Origin: Dudresnaya verticillata
Lineage: Eukaryota
Assembly: GCA_977862235.1 (NCBI GenBank)
Contig: OZ374557.1
Span: forward strand, 2,852,001 to 2,916,000
Length of the DNA: 64,000 nt
Reading direction: 5' to 3'
Of this stretch, positions 12,154 to 24,429 are shown piece after piece (position 1 is the stretch's first letter; each line of letters opens with the position of its first letter). A model generated the notes under the pieces. That model was not told where the DNA came from and searched no databases. It worked only from the letters and a program-made list of their open reading frames with translations. The translations under genes and the position numbers were made by a program.

Positions 12154-14503
12154 CTAGTTTTTCGCCCTCATTTCTGGCGACCGCGGTAGTGGTGGAGGTC
12201 GTGGGAAGGGACGAGATCCTTGGCGTGGTGATCTGGGCGTTTGCCTCGGAGCGTCAATGGGGTGGCTCAGTCGAGGTTGAAATTGAACCTGTCGATTTCC
12301 CCCTTGACTTGCACCCAAATTTTGACGGGCTCCATCCGTTGCCCTATGGGCAGCCCGGCGGGCACTCACCGGTTAGCGAACTCCGGCAGTCGGTCACCGG
12401 TCGCCAACCACGCTTTTTGCTCGTGTGATAGTTGATGAAACTGTCTTCTTCTTAAAGTCTCCAAAGACTGCTCATCGGTGCGAGCCAAATGTGGACAGTT
12501 GGGCGTTTTATGGTCAATGCCGTAGTATTAGAAGCAGATATCATTGGGTTGGTCTTCAACCGTTACCACCCAGGGCGCTGAGTCCTGGTTGGCTGTGACC
12601 AGGCTGGGAGCCTATGATTGCAGTTCTGCAGTATCGCGTCAACTTCACCGTGATACGGTTGGTCGTAGTAATACTGTCCTGTCGACCACGAGTCCGATTG
12701 GGTCGCTGTTGATGGTGGCGCTTCGTCAGCAATTGCGGCCACGACCGCGTCTTCGCTTTCCGCATCAGAGCCACTGCTCTTTGAAGTATCCGAATAGGAG
12801 GCGGATGCATTCTTCGCCTAGCGAATAAGGAGTGCCCGTCCTGACTTGTGAGTACGAATTTTCTTCAAGGTCTTCCTTGGTAGCGTCCTGTTCGCTTTTG
12901 GCGTTCGTCCGCCACCCACCAGCGCCCGATTGGAATGTCCATGTGCAGTCGCCAGCTCGACGTAGTCCGCCAGTCTGGCAGTCCTTGGGTCCAATGGCGA
13001 CGTACTTAAAAGCGGCTTCACCGCTGGTAGAAAACGACGAATAAACCTGGTTATCAAATCTTGTTCGGTGTATACACCAGCGACTCGACGCGCTTTGTTC
13101 TGCAACCTTCTTGAAAAGGTCACCTCGTCCTCATCTGGCTCCTGCGCCATAGTGTCCATCGCAGAGGCAATCCTCTCAATATAGATGTCCTTGGGATAAG
13201 TCCGAAGGAGATAATTCACGGCTTCGGGCCATTCAGTGAAACCACCATTGTAGTCACCCGCAGCGTCAAAATTCGCTTCAAAAATATCCTTCGCATCCTT
13301 CTCGAGGAACTCGGAGATGGCGAGGATAGCGGCACCTTCACTGATATGGGCTTGATCAAGCTGCCTCTTCAGCGTGGCTAAGAAGCCAATAATTGACACC
13401 GGGTCACTTCCGTCAAAACGGCGACTCCGCATAACGGACTTGACGCGTTTGATTTTCTCCGTGGTCGCCTCGGTCACCTCGGGCCCGCGGTAATCATCCA
13501 GGTTCAATAACCTATATCTTCTGTAGGACAGTACCTGTATGAAGGTGGGATTCCTAGGAGTCAGTTCCTTCACACCGGAACGTCGGGGACCCTTCCAGGA
13601 AGACCATGAAGGTCTAGAATGCGAACGCGAACCCGGTCCTTCTTCATGCGATGGACCTGGATTAGGGTGATACCCTGACTTCAGGGATAGTATCCCTTCC
13701 GCGGATTACGCGCCGCATCTTCAACTCCCGAAAAGCGACACGACGCTTCTCCTCATCGCGTTCTTTCCGTAGGACCTCAATGGCTCTGTCCTGTTCAACG
13801 CACCGTGCGTTGTATACGTTGAATGGAACGTCCGCAATAACCATTACGGTTCCTGTCCTGGAAAGGTGGGCAGCCTTCGTGGCTTCATCTAATTCAAGGT
13901 GAACCGATTCCAATTGGTCCCCCAGTGAGTCCACTTGGGCTTGAAGGGTCTCGCCCCTTTCCTCTTCTAAACCCCTCAAGGGGCGTTTTTGGCAACGAGA
14001 AGTGACCGTATCTTGGCACTTAGCCAGTAGCTGGTCGTCTCGACGAGCGGTGGCGTCGTCGAAATAGCGTTTTACCCGGGTGAGGGTTTCGTCCGCCTCG
14101 CTTTCAAGTAGCGCCAATACGCTAGTTACGAGAGCATTCTCGATGCCGGTCTCAACCAAATGACCAATCTCACGCTCCGTGAAGCACCGTCGGTCGGTTG
14201 AGTTTGCCGTCGTTCTCATCGGCATTCCGATATCTGGCGGAAGCGATGAAGTCGCTTCTTCTTCTAAGGCCAGTCCGCCTTATCATGCTGGCTGTAGGTA
14301 GCTTGAAGCATTGGCGGCGGCAGCATCCTAGGGTCCGGACCCTCATCCGCACCGATGTTGCTGGTGCTGGTGGCTGCAGTCCGGGCCGTGTTTTCTACTT
14401 CAGGGATCTGCCCCTTTCCATGGGAAGATGGATGTTCATCTCCTGGTGCGCCCGCCATTCGGGGCGGGCGTTCTACTTCTCCTACTATAGGACCTCGAGC
14501 CAA
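12154..14503 (-). pseudogene. gag: gag of element A
   Basis: ORF 12818-13573 (FDGSDPVSIIGFL..AVNYLLRTY) is homologous to the gag of C and E. Coiled-coil-like ORF 13662-14225. Decayed zinc knuckle near 12490-12540. Confidence 0.8.
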
Positions 14504-15106
14504 AGCGGCTACACACGGGTTCTTGCTCCCGTGGTCCTCACGGAGGATAAGCTGCCTGTACAGCTACCGCCCGGGCTCGTTAAGCCTCGCCGGGTGGTAT
14601 CACCGCTAGATGTCGGCGTTTTCTAAACGAGGCTGTTATCGACAACCTTGAAACGTAGGATTCGGTTCTGCGGTTGCACTAATCGGGGAACTTCTCCCTA
14701 GGATGGCAAACTTCTCAGAACCGTAGTTCTCGGGGTTACGGGTGATTCTGTCCACGTGGAACGCCCAGCGTGCGTGCCCGCGCAGCCCGTGTACAGACGT
14801 GTTTTTGATGACAGGTGTCACGATGACCTGCAGGAAGAGTTCCTTGAAGGGGCGTCAATCCACGACCAGCATCTTGTTCCTTGTACACGATTAAAACCGC
14901 AGAAGCGGTGGCAGTTGCTTGCCTCGAATTTGACGCAACTTCAATGCTTGATATGAAGCTGAGAGACCGTCGACACTGGGTCGACTATGGTTTCAACCTC
15001 AGGAAGTTGTTCCTTGAATTCTTGCCTGGGGAACTCCCGTCCCGTGGAAAGTTCCGTACGACGACTTGAGGATGAGGCAGTAAAAAGAAGCCGACCCTGA
15101 AAACGA

Positions 15107-15124
15107 TTCTAGGTCGGGAGACCA
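15107..15124 (-). promoter_or_regulatory. Primer-binding site, probably tRNA-Tyr
   Basis: TGGTCTCCCGACCTAGAA next to the 5' LTR. Its complement ...CGGGAGACCA fits the eukaryotic tRNA-Tyr 3' end (C1-G72, A73). Confidence 0.7.
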
Positions 15125-15125
15125 C

Positions 15126-15777
15126 TGTAGTAGAATGGCCACGGGGCCAGGTAGAACGGAAACAACCAGAACACCTGTCCTATGGCCAACACTAGCTTTG
15201 GTAGCTCGGCGGAAAAGGGGAGTTGGTAGAGACTTGGGGAAAAAGGCACAAAGCCTAGGGAAAAGGGGGAAAAGGAACGGCGGCGCTACCCAGCTCGCGC
15301 AGAGCTTCCGTCGTGCGGAGACAAGGCTCGTAGAGCGCCTGAAAGGGGAAAAGGGTACAGTGAGTCCGTGAATTCCAGAAAGAAGGGCAAAAGACCCAAA
15401 CCCACCGTAGGGTTCTATTCAGGAGGCCTCTGCTACTCAGGGGCCTATTACGTATAGCAAAGCCGGGAATGCTTACCTCCTATTAGCTATTCTAAACTAT
15501 TCTAGCTGTAATTATTAATCTAGTAGTACTGTTGTCAGTTATAAATACGGATTAGTGGAAGTACCGCGTCGGGCCGCGTGAGCGGCCACAATAAATTACC
15601 CAATGGCAATTCGCCATCACACTTGGTGCCAGCAGGGACGCCAGCGGGGCGCATCATCCTTACAGCGTACGGCGCTTGTGCGCGCCTTACAGCTTGATGC
15701 GCGAGGGCGTCTTACACCTTAATGCGCACACATGACTTACAGTGCGCTAGCACTCTGCTGCGGCTCATTCTTCCACA
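15126..15777 (-). repeat. 5' LTR of element A
   Basis: TG...CA ends; direct repeat of 1149-2236. Confidence 0.9.
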
Positions 15778-16727
15778 CCGAACGCGGGTTATCGACGGCC
15801 GCGCGTCGGCTCGCCCGTCGTCCGCACACCGAAATGGCCACTTCAACACAAGCGGCAGCAGCCGGATCAGGGGGACTCGACATTCTTCACTTCGATCGCG
15901 TCGATGCGAGAAGTACTAGGGTCTCGACGACTTCTAGGTCGGGAGAGCAGTGTAGCATAGACGTCGGGTCGATACGAAGTCTGATACTCGCTGGTCCGAA
16001 ACCGTCACACAGACCCATTGATGGGTAGCTATTGTGTCGTAGAGCGGTGTCGGCCGCGTGCGCCCCGCAGGTGCGAATCGACGGCGTCGATGCCGGAGCG
16101 CGCACGGGGCGTACCGTACCAGGGTAGGCAGCGACCGGATCCCAGCGTACCTGTCGAAGGGCGGCACGAAGCCGATGGAAAGGAAAAGGAAAAGCCTAGC
16201 GAGGCAAGGGAAAAGGATAACCGACCTCTGGCGTATAGGAAAAGGGACCGAACCCGAAGAGGATGTGAGCAAGCTTCAGTGCGAGCTGTTGGTTCCCCGG
16301 TTGAATGAACCGTCAATGGCAGACGGCCATAAATACCCTACACTATGTACACTACGGCTACTATACAGTGGCGGTACGCCCTGCAACACCAACGCGGGAG
16401 GTGTGCGTGCGCGCGCCCATACACGTGTCGACACGTCCGGGTAACGGCTACCCGTCGGCTCGCGCGGGGCGTAACGGGCAGCGGCCCTCTCAACGGCTCG
16501 ATGCCGGAGAGCGCCACTGGGGCGCGCCACTGGGGCGCGCCGTGTGCGGCACGGCGCGCGGATGCTATGACAGTAAGGCGATGGACCGCAGCTAAAATCA
16601 ACGAACAAACTAGAGGCTCGTTGCCCAATCACGACTTGCCAGCTGGCGTCGTCGGGTGCATCATTACAGTGCGTAGCTGCGCACCCCTTACAGCCGCTGC
16701 TGAAGGGGTGCTGACCGCTATTCTACA
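15778..16727 (-). mobile_element. Family B 5' LTR (15951-16727) with mutated PBS and truncated leader
   Basis: Reverse complement of 2406-3179. TTCTAGGTCGGGAGAGCA at 15932-15949 resembles the PBS of element A. Confidence 0.85.
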
Positions 16728-16754
16728 CCAACGTCGGCCCCTTTCGGTAGCGGT

Positions 16755-17029
16755 TGTGGTGAAGTGCGATCGGCATCCGAAACGGTGGAAATGCATATAG
16801 TGTGGCCTGAACCGTTGTGGGATGTGTGCACGTGTACCCGTGTCGGTGTTGAGCGCATTGTTGTGTGCTGGCGTACATTGCTGTGCAGCAGTGGAGCGCA
16901 CCAACCGTAGCGGAGTATTTGTAGTATTTATTCTTTATTTTTAGTGACTCTGTGTACAGTTTGTAGAGTAGCGCGCCAGCCAATGAGAATGCTGCGCATG
17001 TCCGTGTCGGAGATTGGGACCAGCAGGGC
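16755..17029 (+). repeat. Truncated LTR, family C
   Basis: Starts TGTGGTGAAG and matches 360-655. Joined abruptly to a minus-strand integrase. Confidence 0.8.
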
Positions 17030-20000
17030 ATATGGGTGGCGTGTCAGCACCAAATCAAATGGTGTTCTTTCCGTAATACGGTGTGCCTGCATGTTGTACG
17101 CATACGTCAACAGTTGCAGGTACAAATCCCAATCGGATTGATGATCCTCAACGTAATGGCGCAAACGCTGGGCGATTGTCTTATTAAATCGCTCAGCTTG
17201 CCCATTTGTCTGCGGATGGTAGGCAGCGGTGAGTAGATGCCTGCATCCGAGTAAGGAACACACCGCATCAAAGCACCTAGCCGTAAACTGCGGTCCGTTA
17301 GCTGTTAGGACAAATTGGGGTGCGCCATACGCATACACCCAAAAGTCCAGACAGGCGTTAGCCACCACAACGGCTGTTGTTGTTCGTAATGGAATACAGC
17401 GCGTCAGTTTGCAGAACTGATCGGTTAATCCCAAGACATAGATAAAACCCGTTTTTTCTTCGGAAGTGGTCCGAGGATTTCGATAGCGACAAACTGCAAA
17501 GGTCCGCCAGCGAGGAAAAGTTTCATAAACCTTTGATTCCAAAAGCGGGTTCCCTTCGTCCTGACGCAGAAGCGACATGTCCGAACGGATTCAACTACAT
17601 CGTTGGCCATATGAGGCAAGTAATAATCCTATCGGAGTGTATAATACATCTTAATTCCGCCTGGGCAACCCGACATCAGGGTGTAGTGAGATAAATACCA
17701 TACCCGTCCACGGAGTTCGCTTGGCACCACCTTCTGCAGAGCACCATCCAATTGGGACTTGCGTACCAAGAATCCGTTACGGTCATAGTCAAATTGGGAT
17801 CCAAGGGAGCCTACCGTATCGCCTTTGAGATGACAGAAAGGGTCTCGGACTTGCGCTTCGACGAACTCCTCCCTGGTTATTGTCTCATCCTTAACTTCGG
17901 ATTCTTGGATTATAGTAAACCGTGACGGTATTGCGTCGGGCTTGTCAGGGGGGCGGATGCACCTTCACCGGTGGGCTCGACGGCGCATATTACGTCATCT
18001 TCCGTAGCGGTTTCTTGTGATGTGGCCCAGTCGGTTAAAAACCTCCATGCTCATATAATTCGTCGATGGTACTTTCGGCGACAAAGCAAGGCATCTCTTC
18101 ATCCAGAGGTCTATCGTCACTGCCATCCGTTCGGAGTCGCGACATCCCATCGGTGAGTTGATGCTTAATACCTGGACGATATTGCACATCAAATTCAAAT
18201 TCCGATAGGCGGAGCCTCCACCTGGCCAGGCGGCCAGATGAGTCTGCGAGGTCCAGGATCCATCGCAGGGTATCGTGATCCGTTCGGAGAATAATTGTGC
18301 CACCGTAAAGGTATGGTCGGTGTCAACATGCTCCGGACCACGACTCAGTATTCCTTTTCGGTTATAGTATAACTTTTCTCCGCATCGGTGAGGCTCCAGC
18401 TCCAGTATCCAATAGGGAGGTGATCGCCATTCGGTTGTTCCTGCAAAAGGACACAGCTGACTTGATGGTCACATGCGTTAGTGCCCAACGTATATTTATA
18501 TCCGTGACGGGGTAGGGACAATATAGGTGGAGAGATAAGGCGTCTGTTCAGTTCCTCGAAGGCTTCGTATTCCGTATCGATAATGTACCGAACTCAAAGG
18601 GTGAGCCCTTGCCGGTTTTCTTATTCAGCGGCGCTGAGATCCGAGCAAAGTTGGGTACAAAGCGACGATACACATTGCACATTCCCAAGAAGGATCGTAA
18701 CTCCGTTTGGTTAGTCGGCGGCTTCGCGACCGTAACGGATTGGATATTCCGAATATCCACTTCTAATTTTCCGGGGCGGATAACATGCCCCAGGTATTGT
18801 ACAGGCTCGTTGAAGAAGGCACACTTTGACAACTTCAACGTGACCCAAGTGTATCGTAACAGCATAAGGACCTCCTTAAGGTAGTGGAAATGTTCCGTAA
18901 CGGTTTTTGAGTAGAAAATTACATCGTCTAGGTAGACGAGGGCAAATTTCCATTTAACCGTAGAAAGGATTATATCCACTGCCCGTTGGAAGGTTGCCGG
19001 TGCATTCTTCAATCCGAATGGCATTCTCCGAAAACGGTGTAAGCCAAAATGGCTAGTGAAGGCATTTTTGTCCCTTTCCTCTTCCGGAATCTCGACTTGC
19101 CAATATCCGCTATTGCAATCCAGGGTGGTAAATACAGTAGCTTCTCCAAGGGAATCTATGCACTCATCCATCCTGGGAAAGGGATATGAGTCCCTAGCCG
19201 TTATGGAATTGAGCCTTTTATAGTCAACACAGAACCGCATGGTGCTGTCCTTGTTTGGAACGAAAACCACGGGACTGGCCCACTCCGATGAGGCTGGCTC
19301 AATTACCTCAGCGGAAGGCATGCGATCGATCTCTGTCTTTTCGAGATCTCGCTGCTTATGTCCGGCACGGTATGGGGCATGGTGTAATGGCTTAGCTCCG
19401 GGAGTTAACTCGATGCGGTGCTTGGCAACTGTAATGTTGCCAAGATCGCCACTCCACATCGACTTTTATTCCTCGCGTAGGGTTAAAATCTGTTTACGGA
19501 GCAATGCGTTTTCTGTACCGATCTGGACATGATCTTTCCAGTCGCTAGTATTTGTAGTTTCCGTTACGGGTCTGCTTACTTCCTTGTAGTGACGGGAGAT
19601 GCTGCTGTCCTTTTCGGAGGTAAGGTTAGAATTAAATGATTGAATAGTTCCTCCCCCTCCTTAAATGGAGGTATACCGTCAACGGTAAAAATAGCAGAAG
19701 GGCAGCAGTAGCGAGGCTCCCGACAGTAGATTTGGGCAACCGTACCGGCTTGTTAGAAAAATTAGAGACCCAGATCCGAAACGGTTTGTTAGATATAACA
19801 TCCATAATACCGTTAGCCATTAATGTAAGGTGCTTAAAAGCCGGCTTAGGATGCTTTTGTAGACAGAACAACCCACCAGTGGGTATTAACCGATACGGAG
19901 GTTTCAGTCATGGGGGAATAAAGGTAGATCTTGCTAAACGAATTTTCTGAGAAACCCTAGCGGTGGATAAAGATGAGGGCTGTAGGGTTGCGGCGGTACC

Positions 20001-20550
20001 CGTCTTCGCAATTTTGGCTTGACCAACAAGGGATACCGGGGGTAATGGTGAAAACAACTTTCCGTAACGGGGGAAGGATGTCCTTCACATAGCGGTCGAT
20101 GAAGGTAGTCCCCAAGATACATGGAGCAACTACGTTTGCGACCACGAGGAAGTGGACGCGAGCACGGAGCTCTCCGATAGGGACGAAAAGTTGCATCTGA
20201 CCAAGGGGGCGGATAGCGCGATTAGATGCATCCCGTAGCGAAGGACTGGTGGCGGGTCGAATGAGGGGTAGCCATTGACGGGGAAGTCGCCTGGCACTAA
20301 TGAGATTTGGCCCCGCACCAGAGTCCAATACGGAGATTATAGGAAGCATCACGCTATCTGTCCGTCCCACGGTAATTTGAATCTTATAATTTTGGTGTTG
20401 CATAACACATATAGGATCGTTGGTCTGAAAAGCCAATGGGAGTTCCGTAACGGTATCTCTCCGATCCCCGGGCGAGTCCACACTCACGAGAGGTGGAACG
20501 CCGTGAGGCGGGGATGGTGGCGCCCTTACGCGTCCCCCCTTGCGTTTTCC
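17030..20550 (-). pseudogene. pol: pol of Gypsy element C (PR-RT-RH-IN, 3' truncated)
   Basis: VLDSGAGPNLI; LDCNSGYWQ, VYLDDVI (18548-19459); YHPQTNGQAERFN. Close relative of element E pol. Confidence 0.93.
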
Positions 20551-21277
20551 GAAATCAAGGGCGCACCAGTCGGATCCGCCTCCATGGGCTCGCGCAATTC
20601 CGCGTATTCCACCCGTCATGGGCCGCAACCGATAATATCGGGGCATTCGGTTGCAGAGGGGGCGTTTGCGGCTTTCCCCGATTCCCTAGCGAATTCGATC
20701 TGGTTCCCACGACAAACCTGTGGCCTACAGGATAGTGCCTCTGGAAGTTAGGCTCATGCTCTTCCATGCGCTTAACATGATCGGGTTCGTTTATCCACGA
20801 GCAAACGACATGTTCTGCGGAAAGCCAGATGCGGCAATTGCCACTTCCGTAAAGGCGTCGGACCCGAGGATCCGACTCATCCCGTAGCAGAGGTGCTGGT
20901 TGCTGCTGTCCTCGCCCATCGTGGGCATTATTTCCGTAACGGTGAGTCGGCTGCTGTTGGGGGCCAAGAGCCGGGCGAGGACCACCACAGGGGGGACCTT
21001 GCGCGCATGGAATCCTGGGCGGGGTAGGGTGAACGCTTTGCGGGGTGAAGAGTACGGGGGTGAAAAGGTAACCCCCGTACGTGTTCCCGTAGGGGCACCG
21101 TGGCCTCCTTCGACTGCTAGCACTTGATCATCGTAACGGAAAGATTTCCTTGCGGCTCGTAGTGTACATCCGATACGGAATCCAATGATAACACCTTAGA
21201 CGGGCGTGCTCTAGTGCGCCCATCAAAGACGTGAGCCGGAACGGTTTGGCGTCGAGTTGCCCGATAGGACTGACCCA
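20551..21277 (-). pseudogene. gag: 3' part of gag of element C
   Basis: LGQSYRATRRQT..VFDG aligns with E gag LGESHRETRRQT..VFDG. Confidence 0.85.
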
Positions 21278-21522
21278 GAACACTGGTGTCCCGCGTTTCA
21301 GAATGTACTTTCAAAAACAGACTGAAATAAAACGCTTCAAACGTACATGCGTTGGAAAAGGGCGCGTCCCCTGAGCACGCTGGTGCAAACGGGATAGAAA
21401 CTAGGCAATACTTCGCGAGTTATGCAGGTTTGCGTGCTAACCCGGCAGCGGGTCTGAAAGAATTAATTTCTGGGCAATTTCCGATAACTTTTAATCTTGA
21501 ATTTTAGGTAACCTCGGCCAGT
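21278..21522 (+). repeat. Left TIR
   Basis: GAACACTGGTGTCCCGCGTTTCAGAATGTACTTTCAAAAACAGACTGAAATAAAACGC...AGGTAACCT; reverse-complement match to 35374-35618. Confidence 0.92.
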
Positions 21523-23755
21523 CCAATGTCGCCCGTCATGCAGTTTCAGGGGTATAGGAAGTTCTAGAAGATGAAACTGGGCACAAAGCTGATTCGAATA
21601 CCAGTCTTTCGAGTTCAGAGTTATTCTTTGGCTGCGGGGTCTGGGCAAAGCCATTTTACCGTCTGAAGGCTTCTTGACACCTGTAATTATTCCAGAATCG
21701 TTCTTCCCTTCTATTATAACAAGCGGTTGAGTGAATTGAGCTGCCATTTCTTCCCAACTCGTTTCCCGCTTCCCGTCCTTTATACATACCTGAAATGTAG
21801 TAGTGGAAAGAAGAGCCTAACCACCGCTCCTGGTTCCAGGACGGCATTGACAGTAAAAGCGCACTGCTCTGAAGGCTACCTAATCACCATGTTTCTGGCC
21901 TAGAATTCCTTTTCTTTGGGAGCGGAAAGGTGCGCCGTTCTACTGAGGCCGGTTGTCACGATTACTCTCCTTTGTCTCTCTCTCAGCTTTGTCTTTTCCT
22001 AGCAGTGCCCGCAAAAAGGAAGAGTTGGCGTGGTCTGCATGAAAAACGTTCTCCCGTGGTTGTGCAACAGTCTTCAAAACATCAGAGACCTAAAAAAAAG
22101 CAGGTGGGATAGCCCTCAAAACAGCCATTGCTCTACCCATGTTTTTGCTTCTGTCCTAACGGGCTCCCTCTAGCACTTGTTTGTTGGGGAAGGCAAGCAG
22201 GACATGAGCACGAATCGATTCCTGGACATCTATTCTCATGAGCACAAATCGCTTGACTCAATATGTATGGTACCTGTTACCTGTTACGCCTGCAGTATGC
22301 AGCAAGAACTGGGCAGGACCAATGCCGAGCAAGGGAAAGGGACAACGTGCAGGGGTAGTCCCATCCCTGACTCGGTGCCAGTGCACCGTGGTTACCCCAG
22401 CCCCCATTGAGCCGGCTCTAACACACGTGCAGCACGAGTAATCATTGCCCTACTGCATAAATAGCCACGTCATGGCATCGCGATACCTGCTGGCGCAAAT
22501 CTCCACCAACATCCAAGCTACTCCATAAACAGCTCCCACAGTCACCAACAGAGCGTACGCTGCATCCGGTGCAACGGGGGTACACCTCCGTGTATGTGCC
22601 CATGCTCAAACGCTCCACAATAAATTCGACAGACCCGTCTGTAGCTTCTAACATCCTGTGCCATTGATTCTCGCCACGCTCTCCACAAGGTCCAAACCTC
22701 CTTCAGCAAGCGGCACAAGATCGTTCCTGATCAACAATGAGGGGTTGCGTTCCATTATACTCCTCGACTGGTTGCCTACTCACTTCTCATCAGTCTTTTA
22801 CTGAACCGCTGGCTCATGAGCCGTGGTTCACCTGACCAACCATTTCTCGATTTGCGGTTCTGGCTGCACTTTGTGCACGAGCCCCTGTCTTTTTCCGCTT
22901 TGGCTTGTTATCGAGGAAAACGTCCCCTCGAGCTTCCCATTTCAACTCTTCCTGAAGCCCTGCCCTATTTGAAGGAGAAGCAGCACATACGTCCCGTAGC
23001 AGATCATTCGATTCCTGTGACATCTGTTTGTCGTCATCGGCCCTGAGCAGCTTTACTCCTGCAACAAAGTCTGGCTTCGGTCCCCATAGAGGCATTACAC
23101 ACGGAAATAACTTGAGCAAACGAGTCTTCACATTCGCCACATTGTCTTGGCGTAGGGGTAACAGCTCTTTCTTGACTTCCATTTTGAAATGGCATTGAAC
23201 GGCTTGGTCGAGACGATGTCAAGTTCAAACTTTGCACCATCAATGAACGCCAGGCACACCCAATACACCTACCCTCAAGGAACTTCCGTGCGCAAGTGGA
23301 TCTGGGTATAATTTCGCCGGGTCGTATACATTTACCTCCCTTCGTTCTGAAAATATCAGAAACTCCTAGAATCAGACAAATCAGGTGGTTCCACGCCATT
23401 TTGCAATATATCCCAGACGTATCACCAGCGCCGGCACCTGCCTTCACCTCCTCAATATTAATTCCCGGTGGTATCATCAGCTGGAAGGCGATCTTCGCGA
23501 CTCGGAGACGACAACCGTCGGCATGCTGGACCAGAAATGTCGTAATCTTAAGCTGCAATGCGTGAAGATAATGACGGGAAGGAAACTGCTACTTCCTCTA
23601 CTCGAAGGCGTTTGCAGTTGCTCGGCAAAGGGCTGATAGTCGGCAACGCTGAGCCACTCGTCCCACCAGAGCCTAGTGCAGCAGACAGTAAATGATGCTA
23701 TTGCACTAGACTACATGGGTATTATCTGCACGAAGTCGAGGAGGAAGGACAAACA

Positions 23756-24367
23756 TTGGCGGTCATTTACAAGGTGAAGATAGAAGCAGAGTTTGCTTGG
23801 AAGACATCCCGTTACACCTACAAGGCCGTAGAAGATCCACCTGCTACTCTTCGCGGTCTTGAGGTTGGGATGCATGTTTGGGACGTGTCGCAGATGCGCA
23901 ACAAACACGTTCCCAGCCGCTCCAATAGTAAACCTCACTCACCAACCCCCGAGACACCTCTAGACAGGCATAAACAGGCCGTGAAAACACCACCCAAGGC
24001 TTGGAGAGGAGGAAAGCGACTCACTGTGGTTTCCCCGCAAACAGCACCGTCGCCAGCATTAACCGCGTCACCTCTGCAGTACACACCTCGAACCAGACCT
24101 ACATGGCGACCTCGGCCACAGGTTTTAAACCTGGCAGATGGACCTACTCCGCGAGAAGAAGAATCTAGTGATGAGGTATATGTACCGGGGAGTGAGGGGA
24201 CGATAGCGATACGCTTGAAAAGGCGGAGAAAGGGGCTGAAAGAGAAGGACCAGTGGAACCAAACGAAATATCCAGCCCTCTCTGGGGAGACAAGTGCTGC
24301 TGCTAGACCAGGGTCGGAAGAAGAGGACATGCACATAGAAGAACAGAACACTCGGCAGAAGCGATGA
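23756..24367 (+). CDS. Hypothetical low-complexity ORF, possibly the N-terminus of the transposase
   Basis: 203-aa open frame with a basic NLS-like KRRRK, directly upstream of the transposase fragments. Confidence 0.3.
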   Translation: MAVIYKVKIEAEFAWKTSRYTYKAVEDPPATLRGLEVGMHVWDVSQMRNKHVPSRSNSKPHSPTPETPLDRHKQAVKTPPKAWRGGKRLTVVSPQTAPSPALTASPLQYTPRTRPTWRPRPQVLNLADGPTPREEESSDEVYVPGSEGTIAIRLKRRRKGLKEKDQWNQTKYPALSGETSAAARPGSEEEDMHIEEQNTRQKR

Positions 24368-24429
24368 TACGTCTATCAAAACAGGGCGAGAGGAAACCGC
24401 ACTGTACCTTTGATGGCCAGCAAGCGCCG

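Larger units (their letters stand above)
1149..15777 (-). mobile_element. Ty3/Gypsy chromovirus-type LTR retrotransposon A, degenerate, full structure
   Basis: Direct-repeat LTRs TGTAGTAGAA...TTCCACA at 1149-2236 and 15126-15777. PBS, PPT and gag-PR-RT-RH-IN-chromo on the minus strand. Flanks TGCAC and CCGAA do not form a TSD. Confidence 0.92.
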
